Source of the DNA: an uncultured Gammaproteobacteria bacterium | Lineage (GTDB): Bacteria; Patescibacteriota; Patescibacteriia; Magasanikbacterales; GWA2-37-8 | Assembly: GCA_964403325.1 (NCBI GenBank) | Contig: CAYOFO010000003.1 | Span: 1-47,207, forward strand | Length of the DNA: 47,207 bases | Direction of reading: 5' to 3' | Part shown: positions 37,715 through 44,991 of the stretch, piece after piece | Numbering within the stretch: the stretch's first letter is position 1 | Layout of the letters: each line of letters starts with the position of its first letter | The notes under the pieces: model-generated | Told to the model about the DNA's origin: nothing | Seen by the model: only the letters and a program-made list of their open reading frames with translations | Databases searched by the model: none | Position numbers and translations under genes: made by a program

Positions 37715-38335
37715 TTAGCGAGTGATTTGTCTATAGTTGTGAGTTCCGAATATCCAAGGTAAATTTTTAAACTTTTTTAATTTTCCATCACGCAGAAGCA
37801 ATAGTCTGGATTTAATTGCAAACTCTGGAGTTGGCTCATTGGGCGGCCCATAAAAGTAAGCTGGATTGGCAATGCCGTCCGCCACAATTAAATCAGATTC
37901 AATCGCATACTTCCATTGGGAATTTTCCAGCTGTCCGTCAACTATGATTTTTCCCGTTCGAGCGTCGACAATATAGGTAAAATATCCGTTGCCTGTCGAC
38001 CCAATCTGGATAATAGTATAGTGTCCGGCGGCATTTGGTCCCTGTCGAGCTCCTTCTGTTAAGCGGGTATAAAATTTCTTGGCGTCAGGAGCTGTGGAAA
38101 AATCAACCAAGGCAGGTTTGCCATAGTATCTATCATTCGATGGGTATGCTTGCATTTCAGCGTGTTCATCGGAAACAGAATTTTGGACTTGGTAGAATAG
38201 GGGGCCGATGTCACATTGTGCTGCGCTCAGAGGGGGTGGTGGTTTTTGGGGAAACCCGCGCAAAACCCAACCCAGGCCAATTCCGAGAAATAAAACAGCC
38301 GGTGTAATCAAAAGGAAGAATGCTTTTTTCGGCAT
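37715..38335 (-). CDS. membrane-anchored or secreted hypothetical protein (206 aa)
   Basis: N-terminal KKAFFLLITPAVLFLGIGLGWVL. No recognisable domain. Confidence 0.65.
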   Translation of the reverse strand: MPKKAFFLLITPAVLFLGIGLGWVLRGFPQKPPPPLSAAQCDIGPLFYQVQNSVSDEHAEMQAYPSNDRYYGKPALVDFSTAPDAKKFYTRLTEGARQGPNAAGHYTIIQIGSTGNGYFTYIVDARTGKIIVDGQLENSQWKYAIESDLIVADGIANPAYFYGPPNEPTPEFAIKSRLLLLRDGKLKKFKNLPWIFGTHNYRQITR

Positions 38336-38427
38336 AGTACTAATCGGTGAAGCTGTATAAGTTAGTTTAAATTACTAAAATACTAATACAGGATTCGAGA
38401 TGCGTGTAAAACTATAAAAATATAAAG

Positions 38428-38730
38428 TTAAAATTTTTTAGCATTATTTTTCTGTTTTTGTCTTAACTCTTCGGTAAATTCTTTGTATTCTCGTTTTTTG
38501 TTTTCTGGAATTTTTAACCAATCACAATCCATGATCGCGCCTTCCAGTGCGTATAAGTAGGCGGCATGAAATTTACCACAAAATCCACCGCTTTGATGAA
38601 TGCGAAGATAGGCTTTTTTCGCACCCATTTTTTTAAGTTTTTCCGGTGTATCTAGTCCGGCATTAACCAATTTTTGTGCCATGGTCGGTCCAATGTTCTT
38701 CAAAATTTTGGATAATTGTAAAGGGGACAT
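38428..38730 (-). CDS. TfoX C-terminal-domain (helix-hairpin-helix) protein
   Basis: LKNIGPTMAQKLVNAGLDTPEKLKKMGAKKAYLRI ... AAYLYALEGAIMDCDW. Confidence 0.7.
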   Translation of the reverse strand: MSPLQLSKILKNIGPTMAQKLVNAGLDTPEKLKKMGAKKAYLRIHQSGGFCGKFHAAYLYALEGAIMDCDWLKIPENKKREYKEFTEELRQKQKNNAKKF

Positions 38731-38883
38731 AGTGTTTTTTGTTGGCTTAGGCTCAGATATATGGTTGGTGCGAATGTTGTTTTGTTTAGAGTAAGGGATT
38801 ATCTAGTATAAGGATCTGCTGCTGCGTTCCATATGCGCATGTATTAAAATATTTAAACCGTGTACCAATAAAATCTAAATCGA

Positions 38884-39651
38884 TCATATTTTTCTCGGTA
38901 ATGGAATAAACATACTCACTTTTCTTTTATACTCGGCAAATTCGGGTTTCTCGGCCATTTTCTTTTCGAGCATGGGAATGCCAGACACTTTCAGAATTAA
39001 AAAAGTAATGGTAAGTGGCCCAATAATGCCGAACCAACCCTGTGGTACCGCCAATGCAATCAGCCAAATTCCCCACCACTGCGCCACCTCGCCAAAATAA
39101 TTTGGATGGCGAGTATATGCCCAAAGTCCACTTTGCATCAGTTTGCCTTTGTTGGCGGGGTTTTTGATGAATTGAGCCAACTGTGCGTCACCAACCGCTT
39201 CAAAATAAAAACCAAGAAGCCAAACCGCCACGCCAAAAACGTCGTACAGACCAAGTGCGCCTCCCATATTTTTATTAATAAAAAGCACGGGCATTACGAT
39301 AAGGGCAAGGAATAGACCTTGCAAAAGATAAACTTGGAAATATGAACGGATATAAAACCACTTACCCCACTCGTTTCGCCATGCCAGATAGCGATAATCT
39401 TCGGGTTTTCCCTGGTTGCGGGCGTGAATATGTGAGGCCAAACGCAACCCCCAAATACTTACCAAGAAACACGTAAGCAAGCCGCGCGTACCAGAATTAT
39501 TGGAAAGAAAAAATGAGAACCAAGCCATAAGCACAAAGCCAAGCCCCCACGCTATATCGGCCACGTCATTTCTTTTTTTAACCAAAGAAAATGCAAACCA
39601 GATACTCATGTAAACAAACAAGCCGGCAGCCAGGGTTATAAAGTAGTTCAT
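38884..39651 (-). CDS. DUF1295 / steroid 5-alpha-reductase-like membrane protein
   Basis: LMQSGLWAYTRHPNYFGEVAQWWGIW; polytopic. Confidence 0.85.
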   Translation of the reverse strand: MNYFITLAAGLFVYMSIWFAFSLVKKRNDVADIAWGLGFVLMAWFSFFLSNNSGTRGLLTCFLVSIWGLRLASHIHARNQGKPEDYRYLAWRNEWGKWFYIRSYFQVYLLQGLFLALIVMPVLFINKNMGGALGLYDVFGVAVWLLGFYFEAVGDAQLAQFIKNPANKGKLMQSGLWAYTRHPNYFGEVAQWWGIWLIALAVPQGWFGIIGPLTITFLILKVSGIPMLEKKMAEKPEFAEYKRKVSMFIPLPRKI

Positions 39652-40046
39652 ACACCAATTTTACTGGCGATAAAATACGTGATAGTAGAAACTGAGGCGG
39701 CTAGAATTGCGCCCCAAGCCAAATCCACAAGTGTTACCAAAAATGGCCAATCTTTGGCGACTGCCAAGTTGGTGAGGTCGTAGGTCGCGTAGCACACCAG
39801 GCCAAACAAAGCGCCAAAGAGAAGCGCGTGCATCCATGATTTTTTTTCCGCCGCTGGCGCAATAACAAACACCACCAGTCCGGCAATAAAGATGAGGTAA
39901 AAAATGATGGCGGCTACCCAGTTAACATCAGGCTTCATGAGAGCGCCAACCTGGGCACGATAAAAGTTTTTGGCCACCAGCCCCAGCCAAACCATGTCAA
40001 TGGCAAAAAATACAGGAAGAGCGATGGTGTAGAGTTTGATAAACAT
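39648..40046 (-). CDS. DUF2177 membrane protein
   Basis: FAIDMVWLGLVAKNFY ... GALFGLVCYATYDLTNLAVAKDWP ... VDLAWG. 4-nt overlap with the downstream gene. Confidence 0.7.
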   Translation of the reverse strand: MFIKLYTIALPVFFAIDMVWLGLVAKNFYRAQVGALMKPDVNWVAAIIFYLIFIAGLVVFVIAPAAEKKSWMHALLFGALFGLVCYATYDLTNLAVAKDWPFLVTLVDLAWGAILAASVSTITYFIASKIGV

Positions 40047-40047
40047 A

Positions 40048-40479
40048 TTATTTATTGAGATAAGTTATGGTTAATTGTAAACAAGTGGCAAAAGTACCCC
40101 ATAAAAGATATGGGATGTTGGCATAGATGATCCAGGCGTACGTAGGAGTGCCAGTTTCGATGTGGAGTTTGAGGGGAAAAGTATAGATGGCAACAAGCGC
40201 CCAGATGAGCGTAGTGAGTACGAGTAAAATATCAATTGAGGCCAGGAGATTATTTTTAAGTCCAAACTGAATCGGCGTAAAAGCAAAATTAAAAATGAGG
40301 TTAAGGGCAAAAGGCAAGGCTACTATCCATGGAATTTGCTTGGTGAACGCTTTGTAAAATACTGTACCAAATGAGACAGCAATAATTGCATACAGCACTG
40401 TCCACACCGGACCAAACAGCCAGCTGGGTGGAGCCCAGAAAGGTTTGATGAGTTGGGAGTACCAGTTGTAGGTATTCAT
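40048..40479 (-). CDS. tspO: TspO/MBR tryptophan-rich sensory protein
   Basis: WYSQLIKPFWAPPSWLFGPVWTVLYAIIAVS; five TM segments. Confidence 0.85.
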   Translation of the reverse strand: MNTYNWYSQLIKPFWAPPSWLFGPVWTVLYAIIAVSFGTVFYKAFTKQIPWIVALPFALNLIFNFAFTPIQFGLKNNLLASIDILLVLTTLIWALVAIYTFPLKLHIETGTPTYAWIIYANIPYLLWGTFATCLQLTITYLNK

Positions 40480-40629
40480 AGTATTGTTTTTACATTAAAA
40501 TTTTTTATTGTTCCTGTTTTTTCGGGTATCTTAGTTTTGTGTGGCGCTACCGTTTGAAGAGTAAAATGTTCCGGTAGTATTTTTTATGCTGGTAGCTAAT
40601 TTATCTTACCATACAAGACCGGGATTTAA

Positions 40630-41280
40630 CTATTGTACTGGATTGTTTGTAGGCCCTCTTTTTACTTTAAACCTTAAAACCGTCTTTAATTTCTCCGGAG
40701 ACACTTTTCTGGCGTCTGACAAGTAAATTTCACGGTGTATTTTTGATTCTCGGGCTAGATTATTTTGGGTACAAAAATCTTCCATTTGTTTAAAACTAGC
40801 GGGTTCATCATCATATTTTCCTACGTGCAGCATTTGCACACAGTCTGCGTCTTCTAGTGAACCAAATTTTATTCGTTCGAGCAGCGGATGTGGTTTTTTC
40901 TTTTTGGTGCACTCAATAACTTCTGTAGCAAATTGCGGGGTCACGAAATCAGGTTGACGAATCATTAGGTTAAAAACGAGGGTATTTTTATCGAGTGCGC
41001 CATCATACTTCTTTTTTGCTTCTGGCGTTATATCCCACACCCCTTCTAGGGGATAGACGGTGTAGTCAAAATAGTTTGCTGGAGCAATGCCGGCTTTGGG
41101 TGACATTTTTACCCCATAAGCTAAAGAATATAAAACACCGATATAGTCGGCAAAAAATGGATCATTGGGGTTGCCCTGGCCCTCAATGCTAAAAAAATTA
41201 AAAGCGGGTACTTTTATAAATTCCGGCTTAGTTTTAGGAATATACAACGCTTTTTCATGTTTTTTCCATTCGTGTTTCAT
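40630..41280 (-). CDS. GyrI-like small-molecule-binding domain protein
   Basis: ALYIPKTKPEFIKVPAFNFFSIEGQGNPND ... YPLEGVW ... HVGKYDDE ... HREIYLSDARKVSPEKLKTVLR. Confidence 0.75.
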   Translation of the reverse strand: MKHEWKKHEKALYIPKTKPEFIKVPAFNFFSIEGQGNPNDPFFADYIGVLYSLAYGVKMSPKAGIAPANYFDYTVYPLEGVWDITPEAKKKYDGALDKNTLVFNLMIRQPDFVTPQFATEVIECTKKKKPHPLLERIKFGSLEDADCVQMLHVGKYDDEPASFKQMEDFCTQNNLARESKIHREIYLSDARKVSPEKLKTVLRFKVKRGPTNNPVQ

Positions 41281-41300
41281 AAAGAAAACCTATGTATGAT

Positions 41301-41897
41301 TTAATCCTCTAATAACTCAATGTCTTTTTTATCGTAGCGCGTGCCATTCGGGAGCTGCTTCTTTTTTTGCCAAACCTTTATTGCGTCTTTAATGGTTGTG
41401 TTAGGATTGTCCTCCAAAAAATCTCGAACATAACGATTGTACTCAAATTGGGGAGCGATAGTCTTTTTTACGTCAGGACGCTTTTTTTGCTGCTGAATTT
41501 TTTGCCATTCCGCCGCGGCCTGAGCGAGATTTTTACCGCAATTCGCTTTTATCCAGCGCATAAAATCAACGGTAAAATGAAATTTTGCACCCAGTATTTT
41601 TTTGAAAAAAGCCCTCACGTTTTCGGTATTTTTATAATTGTCGGTAATAACAGTATCAGCGGTAAGTGTTTCAGTATTCCAGTCGAAATTTGATAGTGTT
41701 TTTTTGCTAGCGGCGATTGCCGGTATTTTTTTGGTAAGCAGGTATACCTCGATTCTGCGAGCCAATTCTATTTTTCCGCCGGAAAGAGGCAGTCCAACTT
41801 GTTTGCAAAATTGTACCAGCTCGTGTTTAAGCCAATAGTATTTTTTAAAGCCCTCTGGCGTAAGCGAAGAGTTTAGTAGCGGTCTAGAAATTTCCAT
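41301..41897 (-). CDS. SAP-domain-containing hypothetical protein
   Basis: ELVQFCKQVGLPLSGGKIELARRIEVYL. ATG at 41897 preferred over TTG at 41942. Confidence 0.6.
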   Translation of the reverse strand: MEISRPLLNSSLTPEGFKKYYWLKHELVQFCKQVGLPLSGGKIELARRIEVYLLTKKIPAIAASKKTLSNFDWNTETLTADTVITDNYKNTENVRAFFKKILGAKFHFTVDFMRWIKANCGKNLAQAAAEWQKIQQQKKRPDVKKTIAPQFEYNRYVRDFLEDNPNTTIKDAIKVWQKKKQLPNGTRYDKKDIELLED

Positions 41898-41944
41898 ATT
41901 TTGCAATACTTTTAACAGTATTGTTAGTATACACTTTTTCAAAA

Positions 41945-41976
41945 AAATTAAAAAACCCTTGATTTACAAGGGTTTT
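41945..41976 (-). terminator. intrinsic terminator downstream of the tRNA / small-peptide unit
   Basis: Minus strand AAAACCCTTG-taaat-CAAGGGTTTTTT. Confidence 0.8.
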
Positions 41977-41998
41977 ATTAAAACTATTTGAGAAAAAA

Positions 41999-42165
41999 TT
42001 ATCGATGGCTTGCGTAGGTTGTAGCCGGATGATGGTTGGAATAAGATTTGGTGATATATCGCCCTGTTACAGCACTGCGATAGGACACTCTGGCCTCTGC
42101 CTGAGGCAGATGTGAAAATAATATTCCACCAAGAATTAACAGTGAGATTGCTAAAGTTTTTTCAT
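41999..42165 (-). pseudogene. small secreted peptide gene, out of frame by one A in an A6 run (or a homopolymer sequencing error)
   Basis: ATG at 42165 reads ATG AAA AAA CTT TAG. With one extra A it reads MKKTLAISLLILGGILFSHLPQAEARVSYRSAVTGRYITKSYSNHHPATTYASHR*, which has a signal peptide and ends at 41999 before a terminator. The 80-aa track ORF reaches this frame only by reading through the tRNA. Confidence 0.5.
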
Positions 42166-42183
42166 AGTTTATATTAAAAAATG

Positions 42184-42255
42184 CTCCGGGGGCTGGGATC
42201 GAACCAGCGAAATCCACGTTAACAGCGTGGCGTTGTACCACTCAACTACCCCGGA
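42184..42255 (-). tRNA. tRNA-Asn (anticodon GTT)
   Basis: UCCGGGG-UA-GUUG-AGUGGUA-CAAC-G-CCACG-CUGUUAA-CGUGG-AUUUC-GCUGG-UUCGAUC-CCAGC-CCCCGGA-G. 72 nt, all four stems Watson-Crick, no encoded CCA. Confidence 0.93.
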
Positions 42256-42258
42256 ATT

Positions 42259-42310
42259 TAAAAACTCTCCGTTTTAGGAGAGCTTATTTTTGGTAAAAAA
42301 GAAACTCTCC
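42259..42310 (-). promoter_or_regulatory. alternative antiterminator / terminator hairpins directly upstream of tRNA-Asn
   Basis: Minus strand: A = GGAGAGUUUCUUUUU, B = AAAAAUAAGCUCUCC, C = GGAGAGUUU followed by UUUUU. A:B gives 14 bp with one C.U mismatch. B:C gives 9 bp plus a U-run. The two are mutually exclusive. Confidence 0.55.
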
Positions 42311-42361
42311 TTAGGCAGAAGGATTATTATTCAGATTATTATTGAGGGATGAGTTTGTCAT
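42311..42361 (-). CDS. putative 16-codon Asn-rich leader peptide
   Basis: ATG ACA AAC TCA TCC CTC AAT AAT AAT CTG AAT AAT AAT CCT TCT GCC TAA = MTNSSLNNNLNNNPSA. The ATG lies 7 nt after the -10 box (leaderless geometry). Confidence 0.45.
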   Translation of the reverse strand: MTNSSLNNNLNNNPSA

Positions 42362-42368
42362 GCAAATA

Positions 42369-42397
42369 AGAATATCATGAGGGAAATCCTTTGTCAA
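42369..42397 (-). promoter_or_regulatory. promoter of the leader / tRNA-Asn unit
   Basis: Minus strand TTGACA (42397-42392), 17 nt spacer, TATTCT (42374-42369). Confidence 0.6.
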
Positions 42398-42432
42398 TAA
42401 AAATTATATATTCAAACAAATTCGAACCTAAC

Positions 42433-42461
42433 TTGACGCATCGTATTACTAAGTGTATGAT
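42433..42461 (+). promoter_or_regulatory. promoter of lexA (divergent from the tRNA promoter)
   Basis: TTGACG (42433-42438), 17 nt spacer, TATGAT (42456-42461). Confidence 0.6.
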
Positions 42462-42484
42462 ATGTGTATGTATATATTTCCTTT

Positions 42485-43105
42485 ATGAAATTGACTCCAA
42501 AAGAATCTGAGGCGCTGATAAAAATTCGTAATTTTTCTCTACAGCATGGGCACACCCCCTCAGTAAGAGACCTAATGAAAGAAATGAGTCATGCCTCACC
42601 ACGTTCATCCGCTTTTCTTATTGATAGGCTGGTTGAAAAAGGTTTTTTGGCAAAAAAAGAAGCTGGAAATATTAAAATTTTGAATAACGCACAAAGCAAT
42701 AAAGATGATTCTAAAACAGTGGCAGTTCCTTTAATAGGTTCCGTAAGCTGTGGAACTCCGATTTTGGCCGAAGAAAATGTAGAGGCTATGATTTCTGTAT
42801 CTACCGCACTTATTAATCCCGGAGCGAAATATTTTTTACTCAAAGCCAATGGCGACTCCATGAATGAAGCCGGAATTAATAGTGGCGATTTACTCCTAAT
42901 CCGACAACAATTCACTGCGAATAATGGTGATAGGGTAGTAGCGCTTATTGATGATGAGGCAACTGTCAAAGAATTTCATAAAACATCCGAGGCTGTTGTA
43001 TTAAAACCAAAATCAACTAACAAAAAACATAAACCAATTATATTAACTAACAATTTTCAAATTCAAGGTATTGTTAAAAAAGTAATACCTAATTTTGGAT
43101 TATAA
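42485..43105 (+). CDS. lexA: LexA-type repressor (wHTH + S24 peptidase)
   Basis: N-terminal wHTH ALIKIRNFSLQHGHTPSVRDLMKEM. Cleavage-site region VPLIGSVSCGTPILAEEN. Catalytic NGDSMNEAGI and ATVKEF. Confidence 0.88.
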   Translation: MKLTPKESEALIKIRNFSLQHGHTPSVRDLMKEMSHASPRSSAFLIDRLVEKGFLAKKEAGNIKILNNAQSNKDDSKTVAVPLIGSVSCGTPILAEENVEAMISVSTALINPGAKYFLLKANGDSMNEAGINSGDLLLIRQQFTANNGDRVVALIDDEATVKEFHKTSEAVVLKPKSTNKKHKPIILTNNFQIQGIVKKVIPNFGL

Positions 43106-43118
43106 ATATGCTAAATAT

Positions 43119-43361
43119 ATGGCAAATTACCATGTAATGAAAAGCAAAAGTGTCGCCATGTGGGCGGCCAAACGCGAAAAGGCTGAACGAGTTGCAGGTT
43201 ACTACGGGACGCAAGCTGAAGCAGAAAAAGCCGCAAAACAAATGTCGGCTAATAGTGGTGGAGGTGAGGTTAGGATTCACAGGCCAGATGGGCCTATAAG
43301 AGATAGTGATACCGTTGCTCCAGGCAACGACCCTAGGAGTTCAAGAGACAAAAGATATTAA
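43119..43361 (+). CDS. DUF2188-like small protein
   Basis: YHVMKSKSVAMWAAKREKAERVAGYYGTQAEAEKAAKQMSANSGGGEVRIHRPDGPIRDSDT. ATG at 43119. Confidence 0.6.
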   Translation: MANYHVMKSKSVAMWAAKREKAERVAGYYGTQAEAEKAAKQMSANSGGGEVRIHRPDGPIRDSDTVAPGNDPRSSRDKRY

Positions 43362-43376
43362 AATTTAAATGTAGAT

Positions 43377-44645
43377 ATGGACGGTGAAAACCCAAATGGA
43401 TATGAGGATTTAAAAAATAATCTTGAAAAGATAAAATCGGAGTATAATCAGGCTAAAAAAATACTCGACAATATCAAGGATTTTTCTGATGATTTTGAAA
43501 GGTTAAAAATCCAACTAAGAGACGAGAATGACGGGGTAAATACAAATTTTAATATCTTAAAATTAAGGAGAGACGAAATCAATAACATTAAGGAGTTGTC
43601 GCAAAATACTTTAAATGAAATTGGTAATAATCTCGAAAAAGTTAAGACAAATATCGAAAGCATGCAAGCTGCCTATAATGTATTTTCCGAAATAAAGGGA
43701 AAAATTACGGGCAGAAATGATGAAATTGATGGATTGTTAAATACAACTAAGAGTTTAAAGGATGATGTTGAGAGAATAAAAACAGAAGCACAACAAACTT
43801 TAGAGAATATTAAAAATACCTTTGCAGCTGTAGAGCAAAAAATCCAAGAGATACAAAACGCCTACAACGAGTTTTTACAAATCAAAGGAAAAATTGACGA
43901 CGAAAACACCGGCCTTAAAGCAGTCTTTAGTATAGTTCAAGATTTGCAGCAAAAATCTCAGAGCCTTTTTAAAGAGATACAGTCCTTCAGAGATCAGGCA
44001 AAGGATTTATTGTCAGATATTAACAAAAACAAGGATGAAACGGACAAAATAAAAAATATTATTTCTGAAAACCTCAAAGTTGCCCAAGATAGCAGAGAAG
44101 AAATAAGTAATATCGCTGACCTAATTACTGATACTGGGTTTGCCAATGCTTTTCAGAAAAGATCTAAGGCTCTTTTCTGGGGATATATTATTTGGGGCAT
44201 AGTTTTTCTTGTTGCAGTTATTGTTCTAGCAATTTTTCTTTATAGTCTTTTCAAGAATATAAATGGCGATATTCCTGAGCTAAGAGTCGTGATCTACAGA
44301 CTATCTCTCACTTCACCCTTGTTATTCTTGATAGGCTTTTCTATGAGGCAATATGCTAAAGAAAGGGACCTGCATGAGAAGTATGTCTTTAAAGCCACAA
44401 CTGCTACCGTTATCCGTAATCATATAAAGTTTCTTGTAGAAACTTCTGGCTCCTACAAAAATTTTTCGGAATTTATTTTAACTGTTTTTTCTACACTTTA
44501 TAAAGTTCCTTACGAAGAAACAGAAGGTAAAGATGGCAGACCTGAATCGGATGAGATAAAACTTTCTTTAACTAAGGAACTTAAAACACTTATTACGGAT
44601 GATTCTATTTTTGAGAGAGTCCTTAGTATTATTTTCAGAAAATGA
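43377..44645 (+). CDS. coiled-coil protein with C-terminal 2-TM module
   Basis: About 260 aa of heptad-like repeats, including two ~60-aa units (MQAAYNVFSEIKGKITGRNDEIDG / IQNAYNEFLQIKGKIDDENTG). Then TM1 LFWGYIIWGIVFLVAVIVLAIFLYSLF and TM2 VVIYRLSLTSPLLFLIGFSM, then RQYAKERDLHEKY. Confidence 0.75.
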   Translation: MDGENPNGYEDLKNNLEKIKSEYNQAKKILDNIKDFSDDFERLKIQLRDENDGVNTNFNILKLRRDEINNIKELSQNTLNEIGNNLEKVKTNIESMQAAYNVFSEIKGKITGRNDEIDGLLNTTKSLKDDVERIKTEAQQTLENIKNTFAAVEQKIQEIQNAYNEFLQIKGKIDDENTGLKAVFSIVQDLQQKSQSLFKEIQSFRDQAKDLLSDINKNKDETDKIKNIISENLKVAQDSREEISNIADLITDTGFANAFQKRSKALFWGYIIWGIVFLVAVIVLAIFLYSLFKNINGDIPELRVVIYRLSLTSPLLFLIGFSMRQYAKERDLHEKYVFKATTATVIRNHIKFLVETSGSYKNFSEFILTVFSTLYKVPYEETEGKDGRPESDEIKLSLTKELKTLITDDSIFERVLSIIFRK

Positions 44646-44736
44646 AACATGGTAGTATTCTGTAGGAGTGATTAAACAAGGTTAACAAAAGTTAACTATT
44701 CTAAAAATTAATATAACGATTATTTGCGTATGTTCA

Positions 44737-44964
44737 TTGAACATAATAAACGAACTTAACGAAGAAAGAGGGTTTAACCATTCTAACGTTGAAAAGCAGC
44801 ATTTATTTCTGATAAATCAGCATGAAGATTTAAAGACTAAAAAAGGTAGTGTAGAACTATATTATAAGCTAAAGGGTAAATTAGTAGATAGACAAGAACA
44901 TACAGTACATAACGTAGCAAGTATTTTAGACGAAATTGAAGCTGAAAAAATAAGGAATCATTAA
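44737..44964 (+). CDS. small hypothetical protein (75 aa, TTG start)
   Basis: A 75-codon open frame in ~30-35% GC DNA is unlikely by chance. TTG is the only canonical start. Confidence 0.4.
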   Translation: MNIINELNEERGFNHSNVEKQHLFLINQHEDLKTKKGSVELYYKLKGKLVDRQEHTVHNVASILDEIEAEKIRNH

Positions 44965-44991
44965 TCTCACTAAGAAATTAAAATATTTTTT

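Noticed and set aside
41999-42241. Track ORF of 80 aa on the minus strand
   Set aside because: Its first ~25 codons are the tRNA-Asn gene itself. Only the distal part, a frameshifted signal-peptide mini-ORF, is meaningful.
42400-42484. LexA (Cheo-type) box in front of lexA
   Set aside because: The only CGAAC (42422-42426, in CGAACCTAACTTGA) lacks the GTTCG half-site. The GTGTATG direct repeats nearby are not palindromic. No autoregulatory box could be supported by eye.
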